IMG/VR virus record: IMGVR_UViG_3300018080_008436
Coordinates: 310,001 to 374,000 of that record
Direction: 5' to 3' (one strand)
Length of the DNA: 64,000 nt
Below are positions 45,494-56,962 of this stretch, in pieces. Position 1 is the first letter of the stretch. The number at the start of each line of letters is the position of its first letter. The notes under the pieces are model-generated. The model had not been told where the DNA came from. It searched no databases and saw only the letters and a program-made list of their open reading frames with translations. The position numbers and the translations under genes were made by a program.

Positions 45494-48400
45494 TTAATCG
45501 GTTGTTACTGTCCATCCTTTTCCTTGAAGGTTTGATTTTGCTGTTAGTCCTGCTCCAGTTGGGGCAGTATTCCCTAACGTATTAACGATTCCATTACTCA
45601 ACCCATTCCCATCCAAGTCTATCAATATATTATTAACTGCTGTAGCAGAGAAACTATTATTTCTACAGTCTACATCATCCAAGGATGTGTTACTTGACAA
45701 ATCCAACGTTGTTAATGAGTTATTCCTACATTCCAAATCTTCTAGCACTGTGCAATTTGATACATCTAACGTTGTCAACGAATTATTTGAGCAATGGAGG
45801 ATTTCCAAATCAACTAACAGAGATAAATCAAGCGAAGATATCGAATTGCTCCCACAGTTTAATTGGAAAAGATCAGGGTGATCTTCAACAGCCAATGAAG
45901 TCAAACCATTAGACGGAACTGAAAGTACAAACAGACTTTGGTTAGTAAGATCAAGACTTGTTAGGAGAGGGTTGCTAGTGATACTAACATTATTTACACT
46001 AGTAAGTTGTGAAATGTCTATGGAAGTAATGTCTGAGTCATTTACAACAACCTGAGTTGGAGACGTTGGCGATATTCCTGAGGCAAATGCAGTATGAGAT
46101 GGCTCACCATCCGTATAAGTGTGAGTTACGCTGGAAGTATCGAAGTATTTTGTCTCATCATCCATGTCCCAGTCAGTATTCCCCACTGCTCCACCACCTC
46201 CCAACGCGAAGAAGATACTATCTGGACTTGCAGATTCCGTAACAATCGTCATAATTGGGTGACCAATGCCAGATGAAGAGCTAGAATATTCTTCGGAAGA
46301 AGTACTTGAACTTTCTGAATAACCTTCTGAACTTGAACTTTCGCTTTCTGAACTACTTGATTCACTTTCTGAACTACTTGATTCACTTTCTGAACTACTT
46401 GATTCTGAATATTCTTCGGAACTACTACTTGATTCAGATTCTGAACTGCTTGATTCGCTTTCTGAACTGCTTGATTCGCTTTCTGAACTGCCTGATTCGC
46501 TTTCTGAACTTTCACTCTGTGATGAGGACGATTCAGACTGAGAACTACTGGATTCTGACTTGGACGAACTTGATTCACTTTGAGAACTAGAACTCTCTGA
46601 CTGAGAACTAGAACTCTCTGACTGAGAACTACTAGATTCACTTTGAGAGCTTGAACTCTCTGAGTAGCCTGCCGAAGAAGTACTAGAACTTTCAGAGTAT
46701 CCTCCTGAACTAGAAGAACTCTCTGATTGGGAACTACTAGATTCACTCTGAGAGCTTGAGCTTAAGCTTTGACTACTTTCTGATTGAGAGCTACTGGATT
46801 CACTCTGAGAGCTTGACGATTCAGAATATCCTTCTGAACTAGAAGAACTATCGGACTGTGAACTATTTGATTGACTACTGGAACTTTCTGAGACTCCTCC
46901 TGAACTGACAGAACTTTCTGAATAACCAAAAGAAGAGCTAGAGCTTGACGACTCCCCTAAACTCGAAGAACTACTTGAATCAAGAGAACTGGATGAACTA
47001 TCGGAACTACTGGTATATTTAAGAACTGCGCTACAATCTTCGGTTCCTCGCCCCATGTTCCACATACCTTCCCTTTCGATGCTGTTAACAACTTTGTCAA
47101 CAATCAGAAAGTTATCTAATACTCCATGGAACCAATTCCCTACACTTGATGAACCCATATAAAATTCACTATTCGAATTGGCCATTGTTACATATCCAAC
47201 GTCCACTTGAGAGCCAGAGATATCTACGTTCCTCAAATAAATTTTGATATCAGAAGTGTCATAAGTTACTACAAGATAGTTCCATTTGCCTTTTAGTAAC
47301 GATTGGGAAGAACTTATTGATCTTGTGTTGATCCCATTGATCAAATCAAATTTTACTATTCCGTTCTCAACATATAAATCCCAAACCCCATCTTTAGAAG
47401 CGATATACTGTGTTCCTGTAATACTGTATGGCTTTACCCAACAAACTATTGAGAAGCTTTGATCACTGACTCCATCAGTAAAGTTTAGTTTGGTTCCAGC
47501 AGGAACCTCAATGTTCTGTTGAAGTAAGTTATCAAGAACAATAGCGTTGTTTACTTTTCCAACAACAGACCTGGTTGAAGTATTTATTGCCACTCCATTC
47601 TGTTGCAAAGTTCCAATTTGAGAAAAGTCACCAGAAGAGTCCCACAAAAATGAGTTCCCATAATTCTCATTCAATTTCCAATATCCAACAATATTGTCAC
47701 AGAGATCCCATTCTGTCTCCTCTATGGTACTGGATGAACTAGATGAAGATGAAGAACTGGAACTGAATAAGACGTTTTCTCCTTCTACTAGAGTAACCAA
47801 CCCATCTTTCATACCAACAACAAAACTCATTCCAAATTCTTGAATAGAACTATTGTCATAATCAAATTGAGCTAAGGTGTCTTCATCATCGACAGGAATA
47901 GTTATCGTTTCGATATTGGATTTCAAAATCTCCCAAGTTGATGGAACGTTTGCTTGTTCAATCTCCATCATAAAAGATGAGGAGAAGTTAGCTGTGTAAA
48001 GATCGCTATTGAAACCAGCCGCTGTCCAGAATGCAAGATCATATGTTGGTCTTTGGACCGAAGAAACTTCAATTGAGTCAATTGATGACAGAATCTCTAT
48101 TTCTCCTTCTTCATCTGGAGATTCAAGAATCAATCCACCTCCATCAGCAACATGCTCTTCTAAAATGTCAGGAATCTCTTCTGCGAAATCATCTGGAAGA
48201 CCAATAAAATAGATAACATCAAATTCGTCAGCCCCAAATGTTTTAATATACTCTGTATCTATTTCTCTATAGGTTACTCCTTCAATTGAATCTATGTAGT
48301 TTTCGTAATATGTTTCAATGCTTTTAACAACACCAACATGCACTACTTCTCTTGGCAATTTCTGCCCAGCCCACTTGAGGAATGTTCTCCAAAAAGTTAT

Positions 48401-48499
48401 TGGAGTTGTTCCATGGCCTGTTCGGAAACCTCCCAAACGGTCAGTAGTTATGGCAACTCTGCCATTAATATGTTCTTTTGTTATTAATGCTACATACAT
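45494..48499 (-). CDS. LamG-like domain + long Ser/Glu repeat + LRR domain protein
   Basis: VGYWKLNE, FSI.CWVKP, W.YLVVTYD; (SESSSSQ/E)n; C.NNSLTTLD.S repeats. Confidence 0.8.
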   Translation of the reverse strand: MYVALITKEHINGRVAITTDRLGGFRTGHGTTPITFWRTFLKWAGQKLPREVVHVGVVKSIETYYENYIDSIEGVTYREIDTEYIKTFGADEFDVIYFIGLPDDFAEEIPDILEEHVADGGGLILESPDEEGEIEILSSIDSIEVSSVQRPTYDLAFWTAAGFNSDLYTANFSSSFMMEIEQANVPSTWEILKSNIETITIPVDDEDTLAQFDYDNSSIQEFGMSFVVGMKDGLVTLVEGENVLFSSSSSSSSSSSSTIEETEWDLCDNIVGYWKLNENYGNSFLWDSSGDFSQIGTLQQNGVAINTSTRSVVGKVNNAIVLDNLLQQNIEVPAGTKLNFTDGVSDQSFSIVCWVKPYSITGTQYIASKDGVWDLYVENGIVKFDLINGINTRSISSSQSLLKGKWNYLVVTYDTSDIKIYLRNVDISGSQVDVGYVTMANSNSEFYMGSSSVGNWFHGVLDNFLIVDKVVNSIEREGMWNMGRGTEDCSAVLKYTSSSDSSSSSLDSSSSSSLGESSSSSSSFGYSESSVSSGGVSESSSSQSNSSQSDSSSSSEGYSESSSSQSESSSSQSESSQSLSSSSQSESSSSQSESSSSSGGYSESSSTSSAGYSESSSSQSESSSSQSESSSSQSESSSSQSESSSSKSESSSSQSESSSSQSESSESESGSSESESSSSESESSSSESESSSSSEEYSESSSSESESSSSESESSSSESESSSSEGYSESSSTSSEEYSSSSSGIGHPIMTIVTESASPDSIFFALGGGGAVGNTDWDMDDETKYFDTSSVTHTYTDGEPSHTAFASGISPTSPTQVVVNDSDITSIDISQLTSVNNVSITSNPLLTSLDLTNQSLFVLSVPSNGLTSLAVEDHPDLFQLNCGSNSISSLDLSLLVDLEILHCSNNSLTTLDVSNCTVLEDLECRNNSLTTLDLSSNTSLDDVDCRNNSFSATAVNNILIDLDGNGLSNGIVNTLGNTAPTGAGLTAKSNLQGKGWTVTTD
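46270..47010 (-). repeat. Ser-rich low-complexity coding repeat (~21-nt degenerate unit), boundaries approximate
   Basis: Encodes SESSSSQ/SESSSSE heptads. Confidence 0.8.
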
Positions 48500-50938
48500 T
48501 TATTGATTTACCAAATTGATTTTATCACCACTAAACATCAAAGCAAACTCATCCACAACAGGTAAGCTTGTATCATATGAAACCATCCTGATACCAACTC
48601 TTATATTGTCAATTTCTGGCATTTCGAAAAACTCATCAGGATTTATAATTGTGTAATCATCCCAGTCAGTTGAATTATCTGCATTATACCCAAATGTTAT
48701 CTCAGTATTTGTTGGTTGAGTAATTGTCCCTGTCAACAAACCTTTCTTGATATCAGATTCATTCTCAAGTGAGAACTTAACGGTATAGAAGTACTGTGCT
48801 CTTTTGGTTGAATATACCAAATTCACACTTGTAACTTTTGGAGTGAGGTCGTTGGAATTTGTTTCCATTAGAACCTGGAATTGAGCAAACTGCCCTTCAA
48901 GACGAACGTTGTTTAAATCCCTTACAATTGGATTAGCTTCACCATTATTTGAATTGTAACAAGTTCCCCAAGGTGTTTGGCGCATCTCAGAGATAGAGTT
49001 TCCAGTTCTTATACATATCGTTATTTTAGTATTGTCTGGTTTATCTTCAGACCAAATGAGTTGCTTCCAGAAACCAATGTCTTCTTGAACTTGAAGGACG
49101 GGACTAACAAAAACAGCGGTCACCCTCTCAACTGGAATTGCAGTTGCGTCTTCCATATATTTCCATTTTTCTATCTCTTTGTCCTCATTGATTTCAATAA
49201 TTCTTTTATATAAAGCATACATAAAGGTTTCAGCGGTTGTTTCGGAAGGATTGCCAAACCCATTTGTGACATCAGCATAAACCAACCTTTCCCCCGTTCT
49301 GTAGGCATTTAAAGTAGCCTCATCTGCATATAAGATTCTGCCGAAAGATGTTGCAAACAACACTCCACCATTTTGGGTATCTTTGGTCATGAAAGTAATC
49401 TCTTCACCATTATTAAAATGTATTATTGGAATTCCTCTGCTTTGACTGGTATCTGGTACACCTTCAGGCTCTGGTTCTGCTTCTGTATCAGTTGTTTCTG
49501 GTATACTAAACAACAATGAGAAGTCAGCATCACTTAAATCATAATCAGTCTCTGCTGGGGTTTCAGAAGCTGACAACCATTCGATGTACATTTGATAGTC
49601 CGTTCCATCCGCTAGTGACAATGGTATGTTCCACTCAAAAGTACCATCATTAGAAGTTTTCGGAGTTATTTCCAAGACCTCTGCTCCACTTTTATACAAA
49701 GCGAGTTTGACAGCATCGTTTACTCCTCTTGTTGAAGACCAAGTAATATCAACAGTATCTCCAATTAGCCAAACCTCACCGCCATTTGGAGATGTCATGA
49801 CTACTGTTTTCCCTGCATTAGGATCTTCCTCTGGTTCAGTTGGAGTCTCCTCTTCTGCTGGAGTAATATCTCCACAATGAACTAGATACAGTTTGTCTCC
49901 CATGGCCGCTAAATTGGCTCCTGTGTCAATATTCAGGAGTTGTTGTACCCCTTCTGCGTCAGTATCGAAGATGGGAGTGAGATTTCCTTGATAGTAGTTA
50001 AAAACTCTACCCCAGTTTCCACCCCCCACAGTGACTGTAGAACCATCTTGAGCAAAACTACCGATCCCAACCAATCTGTTATATGGGAATATATCAAGGA
50101 TATCTTCATTTGACAACCCATCGGTTTTTATGATATCTTTTGTATTTATAAATTCGTATGTTGTATGAGAGAAGACATTCTTAGAAACCCTTCTGGTTGT
50201 TGCAACATTATCTGGCTGTGATATTTCAATCTGCCAATTACTTCCGTCATATGAAACTACATTTTGAGCGTCCATTGCCAGGTAGATTTTGTTATCAAAT
50301 GACGACATCTGGTTAATTGACGTTCCATAAGGTCTATAGAAAACAACCCATGCTTGATTTACAGCATCAAACCTATAGACAATTGCAGGTCTAGACGTTG
50401 CCGCATAAATTTCCCCATTATAGGATACAAAATTAACTACTTCTCCATTGGAAGTTTGATCAAGTGTAACCGCATTTGTTGTTAGATTTATCCTATAAAT
50501 TAAACCATTAGGAGAAGTCCCTGCGAAAAGAGTTGATCCATTGACAAGCAATGCTGTGACAAGCTGATCGTCTAGTTGATAAAAGTTCTCCCATATGTAT
50601 CTATCTTTACTCCTAATGATCATTCCGTCATTGCTGGTTCCAGCATAAGCATATGTCGAATCGAATGTGATTGACCAAATAGATTTCTCAGAACTCTTTT
50701 CATAGATGAATGGCAATAGTCTCTCATCTTGGTAGTCGAGATAAGAAGAGCTAGAACTAGAACTGGAATCGATAGAACTACTAGATGAGCTAGATTCGGA
50801 TTGAGAACTAGAACTAATGCCAAAACTCGAACTAGATGAACTACTAGTTGAGCTTGTACTCGATTCAGAAGAATACAAGTAACTAGAGCTAGAACTAGAG
50901 TCTAGTGAACTTGATGAACTAGATGAGTTATTGGCCAT
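48500..50938 (-). CDS. beta-propeller protein with SPNGGE Ig-like domain
   Basis: YAGTS..G.I.R repeats; SPNGGE.W..G....ITW. Confidence 0.7.
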   Translation of the reverse strand: MANNSSSSSSSLDSSSSSSYLYSSESSTSSTSSSSSSSFGISSSSQSESSSSSSSIDSSSSSSSSYLDYQDERLLPFIYEKSSEKSIWSITFDSTYAYAGTSNDGMIIRSKDRYIWENFYQLDDQLVTALLVNGSTLFAGTSPNGLIYRINLTTNAVTLDQTSNGEVVNFVSYNGEIYAATSRPAIVYRFDAVNQAWVVFYRPYGTSINQMSSFDNKIYLAMDAQNVVSYDGSNWQIEISQPDNVATTRRVSKNVFSHTTYEFINTKDIIKTDGLSNEDILDIFPYNRLVGIGSFAQDGSTVTVGGGNWGRVFNYYQGNLTPIFDTDAEGVQQLLNIDTGANLAAMGDKLYLVHCGDITPAEEETPTEPEEDPNAGKTVVMTSPNGGEVWLIGDTVDITWSSTRGVNDAVKLALYKSGAEVLEITPKTSNDGTFEWNIPLSLADGTDYQMYIEWLSASETPAETDYDLSDADFSLLFSIPETTDTEAEPEPEGVPDTSQSRGIPIIHFNNGEEITFMTKDTQNGGVLFATSFGRILYADEATLNAYRTGERLVYADVTNGFGNPSETTAETFMYALYKRIIEINEDKEIEKWKYMEDATAIPVERVTAVFVSPVLQVQEDIGFWKQLIWSEDKPDNTKITICIRTGNSISEMRQTPWGTCYNSNNGEANPIVRDLNNVRLEGQFAQFQVLMETNSNDLTPKVTSVNLVYSTKRAQYFYTVKFSLENESDIKKGLLTGTITQPTNTEITFGYNADNSTDWDDYTIINPDEFFEMPEIDNIRVGIRMVSYDTSLPVVDEFALMFSGDKINLVNQ

Positions 50939-51297
50939 TATTCTTTACCTTTTAATTCTACGAAACCTGGAGGGAGATCGACAGGAACACTAGGTTTATG
51001 ATCCTTAAAATCTTTATTCCCCGAATCCTGTTCTCTATCCTTGATCATAACGTCATTTGGTCCTTGAGCAGTCATATCAACTTTTTCTCTTATGACAACA
51101 CAAAAATCAAGATCTTCTATCTCTGGGATTTGACAATTTGTTCCAGAAATGACAAACTCGATTTCCCCCTCATCTGTTTTAATAACATCTGCAAAATGAT
51201 CAATTGTCATTGCTTCAGAAACCTCAACCTCTTCTGAATCAATTAATGATAGAGATTTATTAAATTTTATGATAGTTATCGCCATAATTATCTCCAA
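50938..51297 (-). CDS. hypothetical protein
   Basis: ORF track; likely start MAITI. Confidence 0.65.
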   Translation of the reverse strand: MEIIMAITIIKFNKSLSLIDSEEVEVSEAMTIDHFADVIKTDEGEIEFVISGTNCQIPEIEDLDFCVVIREKVDMTAQGPNDVMIKDREQDSGNKDFKDHKPSVPVDLPPGFVELKGKE

Positions 51298-54200
51298 ACA
51301 TCTCCATTTGAATCATGTGCCCTGATATATTTTAAGCTACCCTCACTTTGATATGCAATTGCTGGACGACCATTGGTTTCTCTTAAAGTGAGATAAGAAG
51401 CGTTTGTATCTATTATTTGAGGCGTATCTGTCCAACTAGTTCCTCCAGTATTGTCTGCTCTAATGTACTTAAGTATCCCCCCAGTTATGATATATGCTAT
51501 AGCTGGGCGACCATTTATTGAGTAGACAGATACTTGTTCAATATCCACTAAAGATCCTTCGTCACTAGCGTCATATGTATTCCATGATAAAGACCCTATA
51601 GAAAATTTCAAGATATTATTCCCAATAGATGGGTGATATCCGAAAGCGACACCATAAGATGCCCCAATTATTGCCACAGAAACAGAGTTATTATATCCAG
51701 TTGATGGGAAGCTATATACAGTGCTATATGGATTCCAAAAGCCAGCAGTTCCCCCAGTTACAGTCCCAATCTCATCCTTATTCGGATTAAAATATACCAT
51801 CCTGGTACTTCCAATGGCATCCATATATTGAGTCACTTCTGATGTAACTAATAAAGGGGATTCTGCCCCCCAGCTAGACCCATCTGCATTATCAGCTTGT
51901 AATGAGTACATGGAAAATCCGCCTTGTGAGTATACCGCTATTGGTTTTGAACCATAAGTTAACTTAAGTGGATATTCATAAAGTGCGCCACCTCCACTTA
52001 AAATATCAGCAGGAGTATCCGTCCAAGAAGTACCGAAAGCATCGTCTGATTGGATATATTGTGTAACATAAGGGAAGCTGTCTCCTTTACAATATAAAAC
52101 GGCTGGCTTAAAGTTTACTTCAGCTAATGAAGGTGGATAGGTTTCATCTTCTATTCCAAATGTGCCAATTGTAGCTGGGTTATCCCATTCATCCCCTGAA
52201 GTATCTGATGCCATAAGGAATCTCATCTCACCAGAGTTGTTGTCATAATAGGCAATTGCAGGTCTACTATTTATTATTTCCATAGAAGCATATTTTGCGT
52301 CTTGAGCCAAGACTTCATATGGAGCACTGCTAGATGATGAGCTTTCTGAATATCCCCCCGAACTTAAACTGCTGGAGCTATCACTAGACTCAGAACTAGA
52401 ACTGGAACTGGAATTCTCAGAGTACATCTCGGAACTGGAGCTTTCACTAAAAGAATCTGAACTCTCTGACCAAAACTCATTATCGCAATTATAAATATAT
52501 ACAAATGTTCCGTCAGAAGCGGCAACCTGACTATTGTTTAAATCAACCCCCTGCCAGAAGGAAAATGTTGGTACAAACAATATCTGGATATTTTCCCAAT
52601 TCTCATCAATTTTTGTGTTTACATAAATAGGAAAAGAAACGCCTACAACATGACTGTCTTTGTAAAGTCTTGATATGTTACCTGTATTTGTTCCAAATGA
52701 ACCTTGATATACCCATGATGTTCCATTAAATTCATAGACAAGACCACCATTAACAATCAAAGTATTATCATATATTGCAACAGTCAATCCGAATTGTGTT
52801 GTAAGGCTGGGCAAAGTCTGGAACTCTGACCAAGATGAACCATTCCACCGATAAATATAAACGACTCCATTATTTGAATCGTAGCTCTTGTCTCCAACCA
52901 CAATCCAGTTTCCAAAAACATCAACGCCATCTCTGTTACCATAAGAAGGAGTGGCAGTAGTTGATCCTAAAGATGGAGTGATTTTCTGTATGAAATTCCA
53001 GCCACTAGAATAATGGTAAATATATATAGCGCCAAGAAATGAGCTATATACAGGTGCTCCGACCACTAATCTTCCGTTATGAAGCTTTATTGCAGAGCCA
53101 AAATAATCCCCGACATTTTCTCCTGCAAAAAGTGCTGTGCTGGACCAAGAGGCCCCAGTATTACGATAAACATAAACTAATCCAGTAGTTGAGAGAGACA
53201 ACTGAGAAGAGCATGCTAAGTCTTTTTGTCCAGATTGACTGTCGTCTAAAGCAACAATTCCACCAAACAAATCTCCATCCCCAGATCCATTAATTTGAGT
53301 GTCATAGCTCCATGAACCACCAGCATACTCATACAAATAAACACATCCTCTGTTGTTATTCCCAGACGTGTCATACGTTGGATTGCCAATAGCCATGTAA
53401 TCATCTGTCATTGAAATGTCATCAACATTACCTCCCCCAGGATTTGGTGGTTCAAGTGTTTGGATGATTTCGCAACCAAAAGAGGAACTGGAACTTTCTG
53501 AGTCGGATTGAGAACTAGAACTGTTGGAATAATTCTCAGAACTTGAGGATTCTGAGAACCCCCCACTATCAGAACTTGAAGATTCTGAGAATCCCGCAGA
53601 ACTAGGGCTAGATGTACTTGACGGATCTGAAAACATCTCTGAACTTGTTGAACTGGAACTCTCAACAAAGAAGTATTTATTCTCATCCGATATTACATAA
53701 AATGTGTCAGAGGATGGATGCTGACTTGCTCTTAAAATATATGGGAAACTATCACTTGTTGATAAAACACCCAAATAGGTTCCACTTGAATCGAATTTAA
53801 CAATTCGGAGGCTTGACTGAGTACCTCCACCAACATAAAGATAATCTGTTGAGGTGTCAATATCAAAACAGCTAACTGATTTACCTGAGAAATATGAAGT
53901 AATATTATAGTCAATAGTTTTAACTAAATTCCCATTTATATCTGCAAACTTAAAGAGCTTATTCTCAGTTAAGATGAATAGATCCCCTTTTGAATTCGAT
54001 AATGCTCCAAGAACATTACTATCAGTAAAAGATCCTGTTGCAATCATATCCCCATCAGAATTAAAGCTTAGAAGACCCAGTATCTCGTCAACTACATAAC
54101 AACCTCCACTATCATGGTTAGTACAAGCTATAGTTGGGGAACTTAAGTTGATTATCTCAATGTCAATATTAAGATCTTTGTCTGTTTTGTAAACAGATGT

Positions 54201-54563
54201 TCCATCAACAACCCAACACCCTAAACATTCATTATTTGTAGGGTTCTCGTCTTCCATGGGAACTTGATACTGAATAACAGAGATGGAGTAAGGATAAGAA
54301 AGAGACAATGAATTTAGCTCATTACCTTCATAGTCCGACTTAATAACTAATCCATTATTGGTATCTACTCTAAATATGTTCCCACTAGACCAGCAAGAGT
54401 CTACGGCCTGTTGAATGGAGAATTTAACAGGGGTATCATAAGATATTAAGGACGAAACAAATGTAAATGAAGAATTGTATTGACTATATATCTGTTGATA
54501 CCCGTCAAACCCAAAAGCCGTAACCCCTCTACTGCGTGATGTTTGTTGATTCGCAATATTCAC
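51288..54563 (-). CDS. multi-propeller protein (FG-GAP-like repeats, poly-Ser linkers)
   Basis: DYFGSAI...LVVGAP...GAIYIY; NGRPAIAY repeats. Confidence 0.75.
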   Translation of the reverse strand: MNIANQQTSRSRGVTAFGFDGYQQIYSQYNSSFTFVSSLISYDTPVKFSIQQAVDSCWSSGNIFRVDTNNGLVIKSDYEGNELNSLSLSYPYSISVIQYQVPMEDENPTNNECLGCWVVDGTSVYKTDKDLNIDIEIINLSSPTIACTNHDSGGCYVVDEILGLLSFNSDGDMIATGSFTDSNVLGALSNSKGDLFILTENKLFKFADINGNLVKTIDYNITSYFSGKSVSCFDIDTSTDYLYVGGGTQSSLRIVKFDSSGTYLGVLSTSDSFPYILRASQHPSSDTFYVISDENKYFFVESSSSTSSEMFSDPSSTSSPSSAGFSESSSSDSGGFSESSSSENYSNSSSSQSDSESSSSSFGCEIIQTLEPPNPGGGNVDDISMTDDYMAIGNPTYDTSGNNNRGCVYLYEYAGGSWSYDTQINGSGDGDLFGGIVALDDSQSGQKDLACSSQLSLSTTGLVYVYRNTGASWSSTALFAGENVGDYFGSAIKLHNGRLVVGAPVYSSFLGAIYIYHYSSGWNFIQKITPSLGSTTATPSYGNRDGVDVFGNWIVVGDKSYDSNNGVVYIYRWNGSSWSEFQTLPSLTTQFGLTVAIYDNTLIVNGGLVYEFNGTSWVYQGSFGTNTGNISRLYKDSHVVGVSFPIYVNTKIDENWENIQILFVPTFSFWQGVDLNNSQVAASDGTFVYIYNCDNEFWSESSDSFSESSSSEMYSENSSSSSSSESSDSSSSLSSGGYSESSSSSSAPYEVLAQDAKYASMEIINSRPAIAYYDNNSGEMRFLMASDTSGDEWDNPATIGTFGIEDETYPPSLAEVNFKPAVLYCKGDSFPYVTQYIQSDDAFGTSWTDTPADILSGGGALYEYPLKLTYGSKPIAVYSQGGFSMYSLQADNADGSSWGAESPLLVTSEVTQYMDAIGSTRMVYFNPNKDEIGTVTGGTAGFWNPYSTVYSFPSTGYNNSVSVAIIGASYGVAFGYHPSIGNNILKFSIGSLSWNTYDASDEGSLVDIEQVSVYSINGRPAIAYIITGGILKYIRADNTGGTSWTDTPQIIDTNASYLTLRETNGRPAIAYQSEGSLKYIRAHDSNGDVWR

Positions 54564-54609
54564 AAGTTACACTCATATGATCATAGAATATCTAAACATT
54601 CTTCAATTT

Positions 54610-55701
54610 TTACTGCTCGTTTTCCTCTAACCATTTTTTAGCAAGCAAAGCCTTCCAATGATTATTCTTGACACTTTCTTGTATAGAAATGTGATCTTCT
54701 AGAGGATTTGTTAAGCAATCAAACATACATGGTTCAAATTCCCATGCGATTTTCTTCTCTTCTGCCCTTTTCCGAAGGTTGTTAACAAGATCGCATGACT
54801 TTTTGCAGTTTATGCATTCATTGTATACCATTTGCTCCCTCAACCTAGTGCAGAAAGTTCTGACATTATCCCTAAAAATCATTTTTGCATTTTCTTCGTA
54901 GTAATCAATGATTTTCTGGTATTCTTGTTTTTTCATGAACTCATAAATTGTATCAGCATATTCCCAAAGATGATTACCTATCTCTTCTGGATAACTCCTT
55001 TTGAGTTTCGGATCAATTTGATGTCGAGAGAAGTCCCCTTCTTCCAAGAAATTTTGAACCTTGCCTAATGTTTCATCAGGATACATGATAAGATCATCAA
55101 ACGAAATAACCAGAATAGGTATGTCTGGGTTCGCTAAAAGCCATTTGCATGCCTGATATGTTACGTTAATAAACATTTCGGGAGTATGAATCCTTAACCC
55201 TGACTCAACTTCTTCTTCATGAGTCATAAAAGGAAATCGTTTTAATCTTTCCTGAGATTTAGCAACTTGCCTTGGATCTCTAAGCATATAGATGATTTTG
55301 TCAATATATTCAGGATTACTGTTAAAAAGACCCTGGCTAACGATCTTGCATATTTGGCCATCAAGCTTAGGCATATTCATGTGCCACTTGATGCCTCTAA
55401 CTGAGTATCGGCATTCCCAGAATCCGTTAGGATTCATGTCTTTGCTAATCTTAAAATCTCTTTCGGCATTTGGGGCAACTATTTCTCTTATATATTGCCT
55501 GGCCTCAAACTCTTCATCTGTTTCTTCATCGTGTTTTTGTAGTCCAATCGCGATTCTTTGTTCCTGAGGAAATTTATGACCAATTATACGATCATCTCCA
55601 AAGGCTATGCGCAAGCAATCCATCATTAATGATGTGCCAGAACGAGGACACCCAGAAACAGTAATCAGACCTTTATTTTGTTGGTCAGAAGGAACATCCA
55701 T
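54610..55701 (-). CDS. sulfotransferase-family protein
   Basis: VSGCPRSGTSLMM PAPS loop, NP.GFWE, RDP..V..S. Confidence 0.8.
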   Translation of the reverse strand: MDVPSDQQNKGLITVSGCPRSGTSLMMDCLRIAFGDDRIIGHKFPQEQRIAIGLQKHDEETDEEFEARQYIREIVAPNAERDFKISKDMNPNGFWECRYSVRGIKWHMNMPKLDGQICKIVSQGLFNSNPEYIDKIIYMLRDPRQVAKSQERLKRFPFMTHEEEVESGLRIHTPEMFINVTYQACKWLLANPDIPILVISFDDLIMYPDETLGKVQNFLEEGDFSRHQIDPKLKRSYPEEIGNHLWEYADTIYEFMKKQEYQKIIDYYEENAKMIFRDNVRTFCTRLREQMVYNECINCKKSCDLVNNLRKRAEEKKIAWEFEPCMFDCLTNPLEDHISIQESVKNNHWKALLAKKWLEENEQ

Positions 55702-55762
55702 AATAATTCTCCATGTTATGCTAATAAATCCTTAAACATTATACATGAAGGGCTAGGTCAGA

Positions 55763-56500
55763 TTAATCAAAATAAGCAGGAATTGAGTTTTCTATCATAA
55801 TCCTGCTTACTGAACACTGGAGGTTGTTTAGATTATAAACATTGTCCAGTATCTGGAAAGGGATATCTTCAAAAACACTTGAACCTGAAGGGGCAGTTTG
55901 GCCAATGGCTGTATAGAAGGCGCTATTGACATCAAGATCATCAATAATTGGAACCCCACCACCAACAATATCTTGATCGTCAACTCGAATAACCATAGTT
56001 ACATCATTACCTATATAAGAAATCTCATCTTTATCCCAGAAAAATTCAATTTCAAAGCTAGTGTTTTTTGATATTGTGGTTTCGTCGTCTATCAATGAGT
56101 AACTGCCAGCGGAAGTTTTGACTCTAAATTCTATTCCATCTTTTGTAAAAAACGCTCCAATCCCTGGAGATTCAATATCTGTTTCGCCCATATTGACTCC
56201 CCAAAGCATATATTCCTTTTCTGAAAATCTAGCTGGGTGGATGACTCCATTCTGCAAATTAAATGGGAAAGACATGATTAATCCGACATATCCAGTTGAT
56301 ATAGAGAAAAGCTTGGATGCATCATCACAGAAGATTCTACCCTGATTATGCAAAGTTTTCTTTATTGATGACGCGAAATGAGGGGTTTCGTTATCCTCCA
56401 CGACCTCAAAGAAACCAGAATGACGCATTTCAGCCGCATTATCAATCAAAGGGTTGTGAATGCTTTTTAGGTCTTTTGTGTCGCTATAGTAAGTGATCAT
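55763..56500 (-). CDS. hypothetical protein
   Basis: 245 aa, AGGAG RBS. Confidence 0.75.
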   Translation of the reverse strand: MITYYSDTKDLKSIHNPLIDNAAEMRHSGFFEVVEDNETPHFASSIKKTLHNQGRIFCDDASKLFSISTGYVGLIMSFPFNLQNGVIHPARFSEKEYMLWGVNMGETDIESPGIGAFFTKDGIEFRVKTSAGSYSLIDDETTISKNTSFEIEFFWDKDEISYIGNDVTMVIRVDDQDIVGGGVPIIDDLDVNSAFYTAIGQTAPSGSSVFEDIPFQILDNVYNLNNLQCSVSRIMIENSIPAYFD

Positions 56501-56511
56501 TTGATTACTCC

Positions 56512-56952
56512 TTATGAATAGTCAAAGAACACCTTATATGCTCCATTTCCCGTTTCAAGATTAGTCGATCCAATCTCAATATCAAGATAGATGTAGTCAG
56601 ATACAGCAGAACTTTTGTTCCCTATATCTTCATTGTTTGCGTCTCCAGATGTTCCTGTCGTGTTGAGTCCAGAAAAGTGGTTAGACAATGGGGAAGATGC
56701 TACTGAGGAACTAAAATCTGGTGATGTTTCGATACCGAAATGGCCATCGTCCCCAGAAGTTACACTAATTCCGCCATTTGATATGACCCCCAGTTTGATA
56801 TTTCCTACTGCGGAAACATCATCAAACGCTATGTCGATGACCTTAACTCTACTATGAGTTCCAGAAGTTATTCTCCCAAAATCCAAAATAGAGACGTTGC
56901 CTAACAGAGCGCCACTCTCATTATGATACTCCCTAACTGTAATACTAGGCAT
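56512..56952 (-). CDS. hypothetical beta-rich structural protein
   Basis: Start MPSIT with AGGAG RBS. Confidence 0.7.
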   Translation of the reverse strand: MPSITVREYHNESGALLGNVSILDFGRITSGTHSRVKVIDIAFDDVSAVGNIKLGVISNGGISVTSGDDGHFGIETSPDFSSSVASSPLSNHFSGLNTTGTSGDANNEDIGNKSSAVSDYIYLDIEIGSTNLETGNGAYKVFFDYS

Positions 56953-56962
56953 AGTTTTCTCC

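Noticed and set aside
29513-46746. Plus-strand and alternate-frame ORFs rich in L/E or Q/V (e.g. 29513..29881, 46249..46746, 46306..46590)
   Set aside because: Shadows of the poly-Ser coding repeats.
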